DNA of 64,000 bases from a bacterium (GTDB lineage: Bacteria; UBA10199; 2-02-FULL-50-16; JAJFLM01), in contig CBDCFN010000016.1 in assembly GCA_965216315.1 (NCBI GenBank), forward strand, positions 832,001 through 896,000, written 5' to 3'. This document shows positions 1 through 12,482 of this stretch, piece after piece; position 1 is the first letter of the stretch, and each line of letters begins with the position of its first letter. The position numbers and the translations under genes are program-made. The notes beneath the pieces were generated by a model. The model did not search any database and was not told where the DNA came from. It saw only the letters and a program-made list of their open reading frames with translations.

Positions 1-1264
1 CGATCTGTCGGGATACGCGTATTTTTGCCTCGCGTAGCTCTTGGCGGATGTTGTCGATCAATTTAGTGACCGCCCGGATTTCATCGAGGCTTGATATCAT
101 GGGTAAGAGGATACGCAGTTTGCCGAAGCGTGAGGCGCGGAGTAGGGCGCGTAACTGAGTTGTGAATAAGGCTTTATCATGAAGGCAATAGCGAATCGAT
201 CGCAGTCCGAGGGCGGGGTTGAGACTTTCTCCCGGTAAGGAGTCCGGTAGGACTTTTTCGCCGCCGATATCAAGCGTCCGTATGGTGACACGGCGCGGTT
301 TCATCCGCCCTAAAATCCGTCGATAATGCTCGTATTGATCGTCTTCTGAGGGAGACATTTGACGTCTTAGAAAAAAAGCTTCGGTTCGGTAAAGGCCGAT
401 GGCATGTGCGCCGTGCGACTTAACAATGGGGATTTCTTCAATGAGTTCGATATTAGCGGAGAGGCGAATTTCAAAACCGTCCAGCGTGATGGCTGGCAAT
501 TGCGCTTCTTTTAAGAGGAGTCGATCGGTTTGTTCATGCTTTTTCTTGAGAGTGCGGTATTTTTTCAAGTCGGCTGCTCGAGGATGGAGAATAACAATGC
601 CTTTCGATCCATCGATGATGATCGGGGCTTCTTCTTCGACGGCTTTATCGATATCTTCAATGCCGGCGACGGCGGGAATTTCCAGGGCGCGTGCCATGAT
701 TGCGGTATGCGATGTCGTTCCGCCCGCAACGGTTGCAAAACCGCTTACCGTACTCCGTGACATATGAGCCATGTCGGCCGGAGACAAGTCCGGTGCCACG
801 ACGACAGCGCCCTTTTTGAATTGGGGGAGGCTTGAGTGCTCCTGTCCTGCTAAGTGTTTCAGGATTTGGTGAGCCACATGACAAAGGTCTGAGTTGGTTT
901 CGCCCATTGACGCGTTCATTGTGTCGACAGCCTTCATAAAAGCCCATTCGACATTGACCAGTTCATTGTTGAGATACTTGAGCGTGGCTTCACGTAGAGA
1001 TTGGTCTTTGGCAATGAGTTGGTAACTGTCGAGAATTTGAGCCTTCTCTCCTACTTGAAACTTGCAGAGGTCTTGCTGCAGCTTCAAGAGATATTGCTGG
1101 CATTGCTGGATTGCCTTGCGAAAGCGCCGGGATTCCGCATTGATCTCTTTTTCCGTGATCCAGTATTTGGGATAATTTTCGACGCTCAGGTCGATCTTTT
1201 GGACTTTCCCTATCGCAACGCCGGGAGAGACGGATAAGCCATGAAAAACACGTTTTCTCGCCAT
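1..1264 (-). CDS. ptsI: PTS enzyme I (PEP-protein phosphotransferase), 5' part; runs off the window start
   Basis: Not in the ORF track (no stop inside the window). Hand translation from ATG 1264 is open: MARKRVFHGLSVSPGVAIGK...GGTTSHTAIMARALEIPAV (phospho-His motif)...IGLYRTE...IRTLDIGGEK...NPALGLRSIR...LRILLPMIS. Confidence 0.93.
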   Translation of the reverse strand, partial: MARKRVFHGLSVSPGVAIGKVQKIDLSVENYPKYWITEKEINAESRRFRKAIQQCQQYLLKLQQDLCKFQVGEKAQILDSYQLIAKDQSLREATLKYLNNELVNVEWAFMKAVDTMNASMGETNSDLCHVAHQILKHLAGQEHSSLPQFKKGAVVVAPDLSPADMAHMSRSTVSGFATVAGGTTSHTAIMARALEIPAVAGIEDIDKAVEEEAPIIIDGSKGIVILHPRAADLKKYRTLKKKHEQTDRLLLKEAQLPAITLDGFEIRLSANIELIEEIPIVKSHGAHAIGLYRTEAFFLRRQMSPSEDDQYEHYRRILGRMKPRRVTIRTLDIGGEKVLPDSLPGESLNPALGLRSIRYCLHDKALFTTQLRALLRASRFGKLRILLPMISSLDEIRAVTKLIDNIRQELREAKIRVSRQI

Positions 1265-1302
1265 ATTAGAATTTTCTCAGAAGACGCTTTATTGTACAAA
1301 CA

Positions 1303-1584
1303 CTAGCTCTCGCCGAATTTATTATTAATCAATTCAGTGAGGGCGTCTACAGCAGCACGGGCATCCGTTCCCTTGGCTTCAATTCGAACTTCCGATCCAT
1401 GTGCGGCTGCCAGAGTAAGTAAGCCCATTATCGATTTGCCATTGGCGTGCTGTTTGCCCTTAATGAGCGCAATGTCCGCCTGATACTGAAAGGCAATTTT
1501 GACGAAGTTGGCCGCTGCCCGTGCGTGTAATCCCAGCTTGTTCTGTATCTTGACGGTATTGGTGATGGGCTCAGAATTTTTCAT
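1303..1584 (-). CDS. ptsH: HPr phosphocarrier
   Basis: NKLGLHARAA (His15 motif) and ANGKSIMGLLTL (Ser46 motif). Start trimmed to ATG 1584, which overlaps the ptsN end. Confidence 0.93.
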   Translation of the reverse strand: MKNSEPITNTVKIQNKLGLHARAAANFVKIAFQYQADIALIKGKQHANGKSIMGLLTLAAAHGSEVRIEAKGTDARAAVDALTELINNKFGES

Positions 1585-2032
1585 CTTCTGATACGATGAT
1601 ATCGTAAAGAGTTTGACAGTCTCTGGCTTCATAGAGGCGATTGCGAAAATGAGCGTCTTTAAGGAGGCGAGAGAGACGCGCCATGGCCTTAAGGTGAAGA
1701 CTGGCAGAATTTTTAGGGGCGATCAGGACGAAAAATAAATGCACCGGTTTTCCGTCCTGAGAATCAAAATCGATTCCAGCGACGCTGCGGCCGAAGCCAA
1801 TGACAATTTGCTCTAGGGTCGCCAGTTTGCCATGAAGAATGGCGACACCATTGCCAATGCCGGTGCTGCCGAGTCTCTCCCGCTCGTTAAGGACCTCTTC
1901 GAGGGAATCCATTCCAGGGCCTGGATAGGCTGCAGACATCATGGAGGAGAGTTCATGGATGGCTTCTTCCTTGGTAGTCGATTTCAGTTCAGCTTGAATG
2001 CAATTATCCTGGAGGATTTCGCGAATCTTCAT
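1571..2032 (-). CDS. ptsN: PTS IIA(Ntr)
   Basis: RERLGSTGIGNGVAILH EIIA motif; located downstream of rpoN-hpf. Confidence 0.9.
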   Translation of the reverse strand: MKIREILQDNCIQAELKSTTKEEAIHELSSMMSAAYPGPGMDSLEEVLNERERLGSTGIGNGVAILHGKLATLEQIVIGFGRSVAGIDFDSQDGKPVHLFFVLIAPKNSASLHLKAMARLSRLLKDAHFRNRLYEARDCQTLYDIIVSEDEKF

Positions 2033-2050
2033 GGTGTCAGCTAATGTCCG

Positions 2051-2344
2051 TTAAACTTTGTGGGATTGGACCTTTTCCTTATGTTTTCGTAATTGGGTTT
2101 CAATTTTAGATAAGGCGCCATCAATTGACTGATAAATGTCGTCACTTTCTTCGACTGCCGTAATACGGTCACCATTATCGGTCAATGTGATTTCCGCCTT
2201 ACGCCGAAATTTTTCTGACTCGAGCACAACGTGAGCCGACTCAGGTTTGAGAAGGTATTTTTTTAGCTTGTCGACGCGCGCTTCAATATGCTGCCGAATC
2301 GGATCTGAAGGATCCATATGACGAAATGTCACGTTAAGTTCCAT
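2051..2344 (-). CDS. hpf: Ribosome hibernation promoting factor (short HPF/RaiA)
   Basis: VTFRHMDPSD...DIYQSIDGALSKIETQLRKHKEK; 97 aa with no C-terminal dimerisation domain; directly follows rpoN. Confidence 0.9.
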   Translation of the reverse strand: MELNVTFRHMDPSDPIRQHIEARVDKLKKYLLKPESAHVVLESEKFRRKAEITLTDNGDRITAVEESDDIYQSIDGALSKIETQLRKHKEKVQSHKV

Positions 2345-2383
2345 GAGATATCTCCTTAATAGATTGAGCGGATAATGTGAAGA

Positions 2384-3895
2384 TCATTTTCCTGCGGCAC
2401 GACCCGGATCGGCCATAACGCGGCGTCGACGGGAAGAAGGTAGAATTCCCATCATTTCTCTATACTTGGCTACGGTGCGTCTCGCAATGCGCGCTTCGGT
2501 GAGGGCCTTGAGCTGGTCAGCAATGGACTGGTCTGAGAGCGGCTTGGTCGCATCTTCTTGGGAGATCAGCTCCCGAATTTTTTCTTTGATAGCCTCAGAT
2601 GTGATCCCCTCATGGTTGTTGGAAGGGACGCGCGTATTGAAAAAGAACTTGAGTTCAAAGATGCCACGCGGTGTTTGCACATACTTGTTGGTCGTAACGC
2701 GACTAATGGTTGATTCATGCATTCCAATGTCATCGGCCACATCTCGAAGGACCATGGGTTTTAAGCTGGAGACCCCATGTTCAAGAAATTCCATTTGAAA
2801 TTTAACGATTGAGCCTGTGACTTTATAGAGAGTGCGTTGGCGTTGATGAATGCTTCTGATGAGCCAGACAGCCGAGCGCAATTTGTCTTGAATGTAGTCT
2901 TTTGTTTTGCCGGCAACATCTTGTCCGGACATGGCATTGCGATAAAAGCGACTGACTTGAAGTTTGGGCATGCCATCATCATTAAGCATGACGACGTATT
3001 CATCGCCGATTTTATGAACGTAAACATCTGGGATAATGTATTGGGGGCTTTGTCCGCCAAAGGGGCGGCCCGGTTTAGGTTCCATCATGTGAATGATGTG
3101 CGCCAATTCTTCAACGCGCTCGACACTAATGCCCATTTTTTTTGCAATGTGCGGATAGTTGTGGCGTTCTAATTCCGACATGAAATCATCAATGATGCGA
3201 TGCAGGAGTTCGGAACACTCTTCATGCGGTTTGGCTTGAAGCTTGAGGCATTCCCGGAGGTCGCGCGCGCCCACCCCGAGCGGATCAAATTCTTGAATCC
3301 GTAGGAGCACCGCTTCGACGTCTTCTTCGCTGCGGCCACTGCGTTTGCCGATATCCGCGAGGTCGCCGCGATAATAGCCGTCATCACCGATGTCGCAAAT
3401 AATTTCTTCAGCAATTTCAATGTCTTCACGCGGAAGCGTGCTTAAATGCAGTTGCCACAGCAGATGTTCGTCCAGGCTCGCCAGCTGCGGTGCGGAATTT
3501 TCATAAGAGGGGAGTTCATCCCCATTTTCGCGGATATTGGGAGCGCCCCCCTCGGCGGCATTGTAGGTGCCGAGATAATTTTCCCAGTCAAAATCAGTCG
3601 GTTCCTTGAGTTCTCCCTCTTTGGTTCCAACTTCATCAGTCTTATCAGCGCCTTGACTCGCCTCGGCGGCGTTTTCTTCAGGGGTTTTCGAGTCGCTTGA
3701 ATCGCCTTCGCTCTCCTCGGTTGTCTTATTAACATCACCGGTTTCCTCGAGAACGGGATTTTCAAGCAGCTCTTGTTGAACAAGATCTTGTAGCTCAAGG
3801 CGAGAAAGCTGAAGTAATTTGATAGCTTGCTGAAGCTGGGGCGTGATGACCAGTTGTTGGGCAAGTTTTAAACTCTGTTTGATTTCTAACGCCAT
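2384..3895 (-). CDS. rpoN: RNA polymerase sigma-54 factor
   Basis: Region I TPQLQQAIKLLQLS, HTH MHESTISR, RpoN box ARRTVAKYRE. Start trimmed to ATG 3895 (MALEIKQ). Confidence 0.97.
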   Translation of the reverse strand: MALEIKQSLKLAQQLVITPQLQQAIKLLQLSRLELQDLVQQELLENPVLEETGDVNKTTEESEGDSSDSKTPEENAAEASQGADKTDEVGTKEGELKEPTDFDWENYLGTYNAAEGGAPNIRENGDELPSYENSAPQLASLDEHLLWQLHLSTLPREDIEIAEEIICDIGDDGYYRGDLADIGKRSGRSEEDVEAVLLRIQEFDPLGVGARDLRECLKLQAKPHEECSELLHRIIDDFMSELERHNYPHIAKKMGISVERVEELAHIIHMMEPKPGRPFGGQSPQYIIPDVYVHKIGDEYVVMLNDDGMPKLQVSRFYRNAMSGQDVAGKTKDYIQDKLRSAVWLIRSIHQRQRTLYKVTGSIVKFQMEFLEHGVSSLKPMVLRDVADDIGMHESTISRVTTNKYVQTPRGIFELKFFFNTRVPSNNHEGITSEAIKEKIRELISQEDATKPLSDQSIADQLKALTEARIARRTVAKYREMMGILPSSRRRRVMADPGRAAGK

Positions 3896-3945
3896 CAGCG
3901 TACTCCGCAAGTTCTACAGTTCTAACTCCCCCGCTGTACATCCTG

Positions 3946-3974
3946 ATGATAAAAGTGTGCACGTGCTATGTCAA
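3946..3974 (-). promoter_or_regulatory. Sigma-70-type promoter of rpoN
   Basis: Minus strand reads TTGACA-N17-TATCAT, about 50 nt upstream of the rpoN ATG. Confidence 0.7.
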
Positions 3975-4002
3975 TAGGGTGTGCGCACTAACTTGCGAGA
4001 AT

Positions 4003-5844
<1,842 letters not shown>

Positions 5845-5857
5845 CTATGAAGGCGGC

Positions 5858-7153
5858 ATGATTCCACGCTATAGTCGACCGGAGATGACGGCCATCTGGG
5901 AGCCGGAAAATCGATTTCGCATCTGGCTCGATATCGAGTTGGCCGCCACCGAGGCATGGGTGAAGCTCGGAAGAGTACCTGAAGAGGCCCTCAAGGTTAT
6001 TCGTGAAAAGGCGGATTTCAAGGTCGATCGCATCGATGAGATCGAAAAGGAGGTCAAACACGACGTGATTGCCTTTCTGACCAGCGTGGCCGAACACGTG
6101 GGTCCGGAATCGCGCTATCTTCACTTAGGGTTGACCTCGTCAGACGTGCTCGACACCTGTTTCTCGCTTCAGCTCAAGCAGGCCGGTGAATTGTTGCTCC
6201 GTGACCTCGATCAACTCCTGGCTTCCCTGAAGAAGCGGGCTGAAGAACACAAGCAGACGCCGATGATTGGCCGCAGTCATGGAATCCACGCCGAACCCAT
6301 CACCTTTGGCGTCAAAGTCGCGACCTGGTACGCGGAGATGGCGCGGAATCGAGAACGCCTGGTCAAGGCCATCGGCAGTGTCAGCGTCGGCAAGGTGTCC
6401 GGTGCCGTGGGCGTTTACGGTAACGTGCTGCCTGAAGTGGAGCAGCATGTCTGTGAGAAGTTGGGCTTGGTCCCCGACGCTATTTCCACGCAGGTTATTG
6501 CCCGGGACCAGTATGCTGATTTTTTTAGCAGTTGCGCCCTCATTGCTTCAGCGGTGGAGCGCATTGCTACTGAGGTGCGCCATATGCAGCGCACGGAAGT
6601 CCTTGAGGCCGAGGAATTCTTTTCCAAGGGGCAGAAGGGGTCTTCCGCCATGCCTCATAAGCGCAACCCCGTGCTTTCCGAAAACTTGACCGGTCTGGCG
6701 CGTTTAGTCCGTTCCTATCTGGTACCGGCCCTGGAGAATATCACTCTCTGGCATGAGCGGGATATCAGTCATTCTTCGGTAGAGCGGGTGATCGGGCCGG
6801 ATACGACGATCACCCTGGATTTTATGCTGGCCAGGATGAACAATGTTATCGAAAACTTGATTGTTTACCCGGAAAATATGAAGAAGAACCTGGAAAAGAT
6901 GGGCAAGCTGGTTTTTTCTGAAGGGGTTCTTTTGGCTCTCGTGGAGACGGGGCGGACCCGGGAAGAGGCCTATCGCATGGTTCAATCACATGCGATGAAG
7001 ACGTGGGAAGAAGGGGCCGACTTTGAAGAACTCGTGCGGTCGGATCCAAAGATCCAAGCCGCCGTTTCGGATGAACGTTTGGCTCAAGTGTTTCAGTTGG
7101 ATCACCATCTGAGCCATGTGGATATAATTTTTGAGAAAGTGTTTGGCCGGTAG
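5858..7153 (+). CDS. purB: Adenylosuccinate lyase
   Basis: MIPRYSRPEM start, GRSHGIHAEP, GSSAMPHKRNP signature. Confidence 0.96.
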   Translation: MIPRYSRPEMTAIWEPENRFRIWLDIELAATEAWVKLGRVPEEALKVIREKADFKVDRIDEIEKEVKHDVIAFLTSVAEHVGPESRYLHLGLTSSDVLDTCFSLQLKQAGELLLRDLDQLLASLKKRAEEHKQTPMIGRSHGIHAEPITFGVKVATWYAEMARNRERLVKAIGSVSVGKVSGAVGVYGNVLPEVEQHVCEKLGLVPDAISTQVIARDQYADFFSSCALIASAVERIATEVRHMQRTEVLEAEEFFSKGQKGSSAMPHKRNPVLSENLTGLARLVRSYLVPALENITLWHERDISHSSVERVIGPDTTITLDFMLARMNNVIENLIVYPENMKKNLEKMGKLVFSEGVLLALVETGRTREEAYRMVQSHAMKTWEEGADFEELVRSDPKIQAAVSDERLAQVFQLDHHLSHVDIIFEKVFGR

Positions 7154-7188
7154 GGACCGAGTCACTCCGGCCAGGCGAGGAGAATGAA

Positions 7189-7899
7189 ATGGTCGAAAAA
7201 CGCGAACAACTTTATGAAGGTAAGGCAAAGGTCCTCTATGCGACGGATGAGGATGATAAATTAATCGCTCATTTTAAAGATGATGCGACGGCATTTAATG
7301 CCAAGAAAAAAGGAACCATTATCAATAAGGGGGCGTTCAACAACAAGATATCGACCGTTATTTTGAAGATGTTGGAGGATAAGGGGATTGCAACCCATTA
7401 TGTTGAGCAGCTGTCGGATCGCGAGAGCCTCGTCAAAAAGGTTGAAATCATCCCCGTTGAAGTTGTGGTGCGTAACGTCGTCGCCGGCTCTTTGGCGAAG
7501 AAATTAGGGTTGGAAGAGGGCTTGGTGTTAAAGCGGCCGATTGTCGAGTTCTTTTATAAAAGTGACGAACTTGATGATCCACCGATTAACGATGATATTG
7601 CGATTGCGATGGATTGGGCGACGGAAGAAGAGTGTAGCATTCTTAAAGAGAAAGCCTTGGAAATTAATACCTACTTAATCGAATTTTTTGACCGCCTAGG
7701 CATTCGTCTCGTTGATTATAAATTAGAGTTTGGCCGGAGCCCTGAAGGCATTTTATTGGCGGATGAAATCACGCCGGACGGATGTCGGCTTTGGGATAAG
7801 GAAACGGGTGAAAAGCTCGATAAGGATCGTTTCAGACGTGACCTCGGGCAGGTGGAAGAGGCCTATCAAAAGGTCTATGAGCTGGTGACCGGGTCTTAG
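7189..7899 (+). CDS. purC: SAICAR synthase
   Basis: LYEGKAK, LVDYKLEFG, LADEITPDGCRLWD, DKDRFR. Confidence 0.96.
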   Translation: MVEKREQLYEGKAKVLYATDEDDKLIAHFKDDATAFNAKKKGTIINKGAFNNKISTVILKMLEDKGIATHYVEQLSDRESLVKKVEIIPVEVVVRNVVAGSLAKKLGLEEGLVLKRPIVEFFYKSDELDDPPINDDIAIAMDWATEEECSILKEKALEINTYLIEFFDRLGIRLVDYKLEFGRSPEGILLADEITPDGCRLWDKETGEKLDKDRFRRDLGQVEEAYQKVYELVTGS

Positions 7900-8142
7900 A
7901 TGAAAGCGAAAGTATTCATTCGGTTAAAGAACGGCGTGCTTGACCCGCAAGGCAAGGCGGTTCAGCAGGCCTTGCATCGAATGGATTTTGGGCAGGTCAA
8001 GGATGTGCGTATTGGCAAGCTCATCGAGCTCGATTTGGATGGCATGGCTCGAGATGATGCTGAGGAAAAACTCAAGTCCATGTGTGAGCAATTACTCGCC
8101 AATACAGTCATCGAATCGTATTCATTTGAAATTAGTGAATAA
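7900..8142 (+). CDS. purS: FGAM synthase subunit PurS
   Basis: VLDPQGKAV, VRIGK, LLANTVIE; between purC and purQ. Confidence 0.95.
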   Translation: MKAKVFIRLKNGVLDPQGKAVQQALHRMDFGQVKDVRIGKLIELDLDGMARDDAEEKLKSMCEQLLANTVIESYSFEISE

Positions 8143-8147
8143 CCTTC

Positions 8148-8813
8148 ATGAAATTCGGAATCATCATATTTCCGGGCTCTAATTGTGACCGAGACTGTCA
8201 CCACGTGGTGACCGACGTCATGGGGCAGGAAGCGGTTTATATCTGGCATAAAGAAACGCGCTTGCCGCAGTTGGATGCCTTGATCTTGCCCGGCGGCTTC
8301 TCTTATGGAGATTATCTACGGCCCGGTGCGATTGCGCGGGTCTCACCGGTGATGGATGAAGTTATCAAGTTCGCCGGGCGTGGCGGGACGGTGTTGGGAA
8401 TTTGCAATGGTTTTCAAGTGCTCGTCGAATCGGGACTGCTGCCGGGGACCTTACAGCAGAATGAAGGGCTCAAGTTTTTGTGTCATGATACGCGCTTGCA
8501 GGTGCAACAGAATGGGACCCGTTTTACTTCCTCTTATGCAACGCAGCAAGAAGTGACGATGCCGATCGCCCATATGGATGGTCGTTATGTCGCGGATGCA
8601 GAGACGCGTCGGCGTCTGCGCGAGGAAGGCCGCATTGTTTTCACGTATTCAGGCAACAATCCCAATGGGTCCGAAGATGATATTGCAGGAATATGTAATG
8701 AGCAGGGTAATGTGCTCGGCATGATGCCTCATCCGGAGCGATGTGCCGAGTCCTTATTGAATAATGAGGATGGGCGTCCCTTGTTCGAATCGATTGTAAA
8801 GACATGCACATGA
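8148..8813 (+). CDS. purQ: FGAM synthase glutaminase subunit
   Basis: [33 protein letters not shown]. Confidence 0.96.
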   Translation: MKFGIIIFPGSNCDRDCHHVVTDVMGQEAVYIWHKETRLPQLDALILPGGFSYGDYLRPGAIARVSPVMDEVIKFAGRGGTVLGICNGFQVLVESGLLPGTLQQNEGLKFLCHDTRLQVQQNGTRFTSSYATQQEVTMPIAHMDGRYVADAETRRRLREEGRIVFTYSGNNPNGSEDDIAGICNEQGNVLGMMPHPERCAESLLNNEDGRPLFESIVKTCT

Positions 8814-11026
8814 CCTACGATCCACAAGTTATTGCCGACCATGGTCTGACGCCGGAAGAGTATGAGAAGATCTGCGATCACCTGGGGCGTGAGCCCAGTT
8901 ATGTGGAGTTGGGGGTTTTTTCAGTCATGTGGAGCGAACATTGTTCGTACAAGTCTTCGCGTATTCACCTGAAAAAACTGCCGACCAAGGGGCCTCAAGT
9001 TGTGTGTGGTCCCGGTGAAAACGCCGGCATTGTGGATTTAGGAGATGGTCTTTGCGCGGCCTTTAAGATGGAGTCGCATAATCACCCTTCATTTATCGAA
9101 CCTTATCAGGGCGCCGCGACGGGTGTCGGTGGCATTATGCGCGATATCTTTACTATGGGCGCGCGGCCCATCGCGCTCCTCGATAGCTTGCGTTTCGGTG
9201 ATATCAACCTGAGCAAGACAAAATCGTTGGTTCATGGCGTTGTCGCCGGGATCGCCGGTTATGGGAACTGCATGGGTGTTCCGACCGTGGGCGGTGAGAC
9301 GAGCTTTGATCCTTCTTACAATGGAAACAATTTAGTAAATGCTTTTTGTGTAGGGATTCTGCGTAAGGAAAAGATTTTTAGGGCCAAGGCGGCGGGTATC
9401 GGGAATCCTATTATCTATGTGGGTGCGAAGACGGGTCGTGACGGCATCCACGGGGCGACCATGGCCTCGGCTGAGTTTGATGAGGGTTCCGAGGAAAAGC
9501 GGCCGACGGTTCAGGTGGGGGACCCCTTTACCGAGAAGCGATTGTTGGAGGCCTGTCAGGAACTTATGGCCGGAGGGGATATTGTTGCGATTCAGGATAT
9601 GGGAGCGGCGGGTTTGACCTGTTCCAGTCTTGAGATGGCGGCAAGCGGCCGTGTCGGCGTCGAACTCGATTTGGATCAGGTTCCGTGCCGTGAAGACGAA
9701 ATGACCGCTTACGAGATGATGCTCTCCGAGTCTCAAGAGCGTATGTTGATGGTGGCCAAGAAGGGGAGTGAAAAACGGGTTCAAGAAATCTTTGAAAAAT
9801 GGGATTTAGATGCCGCCGTTGTCGGCAAGGTTGTTCGAGGAGACCAGGTTACCGTAAGGTATCAAGGAGAGGTCGTGGCACAACTACCGAGCCTTCCGAT
9901 TACCGAGGAAGCCCCCATTTATAAGCGGCCGACACGTGTTCCGAGTTATCTGAAGAAAGCACAGGAGTTGAATGAGGCGAGCATAAAAGAACCGAAACAA
10001 CTCGTTAATGTACTAAAAGACTTGTTGTCCAGTCCGAATCTTTGTTCGAAAAAATGGATCTATCAGCAGTATGATCATATGGTGGGGACAGATACAGTTG
10101 TTTTGCCCGGATCCGATGCGGCCGTGTTGCGGTTGAAAGGCAGTGGAAAGAATGGGCGGCCTGATAAAGGGATTGCAATCTCGGTCGATTGTAATAGTCG
10201 CTACTGCTATCTTGATCCGCGACGTGGCGCGATGCATGCGGTCGCGGAGGCGGCGCGTAATATTGTTTGTTCCGGTGGTAAGCCCTTGGCGGTTACCGAC
10301 TGTCTTAATTTTGGTAATCCCGAGAATCCGGAAATTATGTGGCAGTTTCAAAGTGCCGTTGAGGGAATTCGCGATGCCTGTCGCATTCTCGATACGCCCG
10401 TCGTTTCTGGTAATGTCAGTTTGTATAACGAGACCCAGGGACAGGCAGTGGATCCGACTCCCGGAATTGGAATGGTTGGTTTGCTCGACGATGTGAGTCG
10501 GCATTGTCGCCAGTTTTTTCAAGAGACGGGTGACGTTATTTTGCTCCTCGGGTGGAATCAGCCCCAGCTAGGCGGCAGCGAGTATCTTTACACGATTCAC
10601 GGTCAGAAAGCGGGCCGTCCACCGGCGCTCGATTTAAAGCGGGAAAAACGGTTGCAAGGGCTTTGCCGGGAGCTTATTCGCCGGGGCTGGTTGCGCAGTG
10701 CCCATGATGTTTCGGATGGGGGGCTTGCGGTAGCGCTTGCCGAGGCCTGTATTGGTCAGGAAGGGCAGGCCATCGGGGCCAAGGTCCATATCCCCGGAGA
10801 AAAGCGCGCCGATATTGCACTGTTCGGAGAGTCGCCGTCCCGTATTCTCGTCAGCGTTTCGCAGGATTACTTGCGTCAAGTCTTGGAATTGACCCGCAAA
10901 GAGGCCTGCCCGGTCGACCGTCTTGGCACGGTGGGCGGAAAAGAGCTGCAAATTGACGATAAAATCAAGGTCGGTATTGACCTTATGGCTGAATGGTGGT
11001 GGCATAGCTTTGAAAGGATGACTTAA
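8810..11026 (+). CDS. purL: FGAM synthase large subunit
   Basis: [36 protein letters not shown] overlap with purQ. Confidence 0.96.
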   Translation: MTYDPQVIADHGLTPEEYEKICDHLGREPSYVELGVFSVMWSEHCSYKSSRIHLKKLPTKGPQVVCGPGENAGIVDLGDGLCAAFKMESHNHPSFIEPYQGAATGVGGIMRDIFTMGARPIALLDSLRFGDINLSKTKSLVHGVVAGIAGYGNCMGVPTVGGETSFDPSYNGNNLVNAFCVGILRKEKIFRAKAAGIGNPIIYVGAKTGRDGIHGATMASAEFDEGSEEKRPTVQVGDPFTEKRLLEACQELMAGGDIVAIQDMGAAGLTCSSLEMAASGRVGVELDLDQVPCREDEMTAYEMMLSESQERMLMVAKKGSEKRVQEIFEKWDLDAAVVGKVVRGDQVTVRYQGEVVAQLPSLPITEEAPIYKRPTRVPSYLKKAQELNEASIKEPKQLVNVLKDLLSSPNLCSKKWIYQQYDHMVGTDTVVLPGSDAAVLRLKGSGKNGRPDKGIAISVDCNSRYCYLDPRRGAMHAVAEAARNIVCSGGKPLAVTDCLNFGNPENPEIMWQFQSAVEGIRDACRILDTPVVSGNVSLYNETQGQAVDPTPGIGMVGLLDDVSRHCRQFFQETGDVILLLGWNQPQLGGSEYLYTIHGQKAGRPPALDLKREKRLQGLCRELIRRGWLRSAHDVSDGGLAVALAEACIGQEGQAIGAKVHIPGEKRADIALFGESPSRILVSVSQDYLRQVLELTRKEACPVDRLGTVGGKELQIDDKIKVGIDLMAEWWWHSFERMT

Positions 11027-11028
11027 CC

Positions 11029-12405
11029 ATGTGCGGTATTGTGGGTATTTACAATCATCCCGAAGCGAGCAATCGGACCTATCTCGCGCTCCACGCCCTC
11101 CAGCATCGGGGCCAGGAGAGCGCTGGCATTGTTTCTTCCACCGGTGAGCGTCTCTTTGCGCAGCGGCGTATGGGGCTGGTGGCCGACATTTTTACGGAAG
11201 CGGTACTTAAGCGTTTACCCGGTCCCCATGCCATCGGTCATGTCCGTTATTCAACGACAGGTATGAGTGAATTGAAAAATGCACAGCCCTTTCGGGTTGA
11301 GTATGCACGTGGGGGTCTGGCCGTTGCGCACAACGGTAATTTGGTCAACATCCAGAAAATACGTGGAGAGTTAGAGGCACATGGATCCATTTTTCAGTCG
11401 ACAATGGATACCGAGGTTCTTGTTCATTTGATTGCGACTTCGCGTAAGAACTCGTTGCCGGATCGTATTGTCGATGCATTAAAACAGGTTAAGGGGGCCT
11501 ACTCGCTGGTCTTTTTGTCAGAGACTCGCATGATAGCTGTAAGGGACCCGCATGGGTGGCGTCCGCTTGTTGTCGGTAAGCTGGGCGATGGCTATGTCGT
11601 TGCTTCCGAGACCTGTGCACTAGATCTCATTGAGGCTGACTTTATCCGTGAAGTCGAACCGGGCGAGATGTTGGTTTTCGACAAGGCGGGAATGCATTCA
11701 AGTAAGCCGTTTGAGCAGTTGAAGAAAAAAGCCATGTGCATCTTCGAGTTTATTTATTTTGCCAAGCCCGACAGCCATATTTTTGGCCGTGATGTTTATT
11801 CAATGAGAAAAGGGTTTGGCCACCAGTTGGCGCGCGAGCATCCGGTTGATGCCGATGTTGTTATTGCTGTTCCTGATTCGGGCCTGCCTGCGGCCATAGG
11901 GTATTCCGAAGAGTCCGGGATCCCATTTCAGATGGGTTTGGTACGCAACCACTATGTTGGGCGTACCTTTATCGAGCCTAAACAGTCTATTCGGCACTTT
12001 GGTGTGAAGCTAAAACTCAATCCTGTCAAAGGTGTTCTGGAAGGTAAGCGAGTCGTTGTTGTTGATGATTCAATTGTGCGTGGTACGACATCGCGGAAGA
12101 TTGTTGAAATGATACGCGGTGCGGGTGCCAAAGAAATCCATTTCCGTGTTTCAGCGCCTCCCACGGCTTGGCCCTGTTTCTATGGAATCGATACGCCGAC
12201 ACGTGAGGAATTGATGGCATCAGATCATTCCGTCGATTCGATTCGAGATTTTATCAGCGCCGACACGTTAGGGTATCTTTCTTCGCAAGGCCTTTATTGG
12301 TTTGAGAAGAATCCTGGTGAATGGTTTTGCGATGCCTGCTTTACGGGGAATTATCCGGTCACCGTGGAAGACCAGGCCGTTCAACCTGTCAAGTTAGTCA
12401 AGTAA
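11029..12405 (+). CDS. purF: Amidophosphoribosyltransferase
   Basis: N-terminal [23 protein letters not shown], Fe-S cysteines (PCFYG, FCDACF). Confidence 0.97.
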   Translation: MCGIVGIYNHPEASNRTYLALHALQHRGQESAGIVSSTGERLFAQRRMGLVADIFTEAVLKRLPGPHAIGHVRYSTTGMSELKNAQPFRVEYARGGLAVAHNGNLVNIQKIRGELEAHGSIFQSTMDTEVLVHLIATSRKNSLPDRIVDALKQVKGAYSLVFLSETRMIAVRDPHGWRPLVVGKLGDGYVVASETCALDLIEADFIREVEPGEMLVFDKAGMHSSKPFEQLKKKAMCIFEFIYFAKPDSHIFGRDVYSMRKGFGHQLAREHPVDADVVIAVPDSGLPAAIGYSEESGIPFQMGLVRNHYVGRTFIEPKQSIRHFGVKLKLNPVKGVLEGKRVVVVDDSIVRGTTSRKIVEMIRGAGAKEIHFRVSAPPTAWPCFYGIDTPTREELMASDHSVDSIRDFISADTLGYLSSQGLYWFEKNPGEWFCDACFTGNYPVTVEDQAVQPVKLVK

Positions 12406-12482
12406 TAATCAATGATAACTACCGTAGCCCAACCCATAGCGAGCAAAGCGAGCGAGAGGGGGAGGCTCCACGAGCCCCTATT

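Noticed and set aside
97..1237. Short ORFs suggesting a fragmented or pseudogene region
   Set aside because: Hand translation gives one continuous ptsI frame on the minus strand; the listed ORFs are antisense or alternate-frame shadows.
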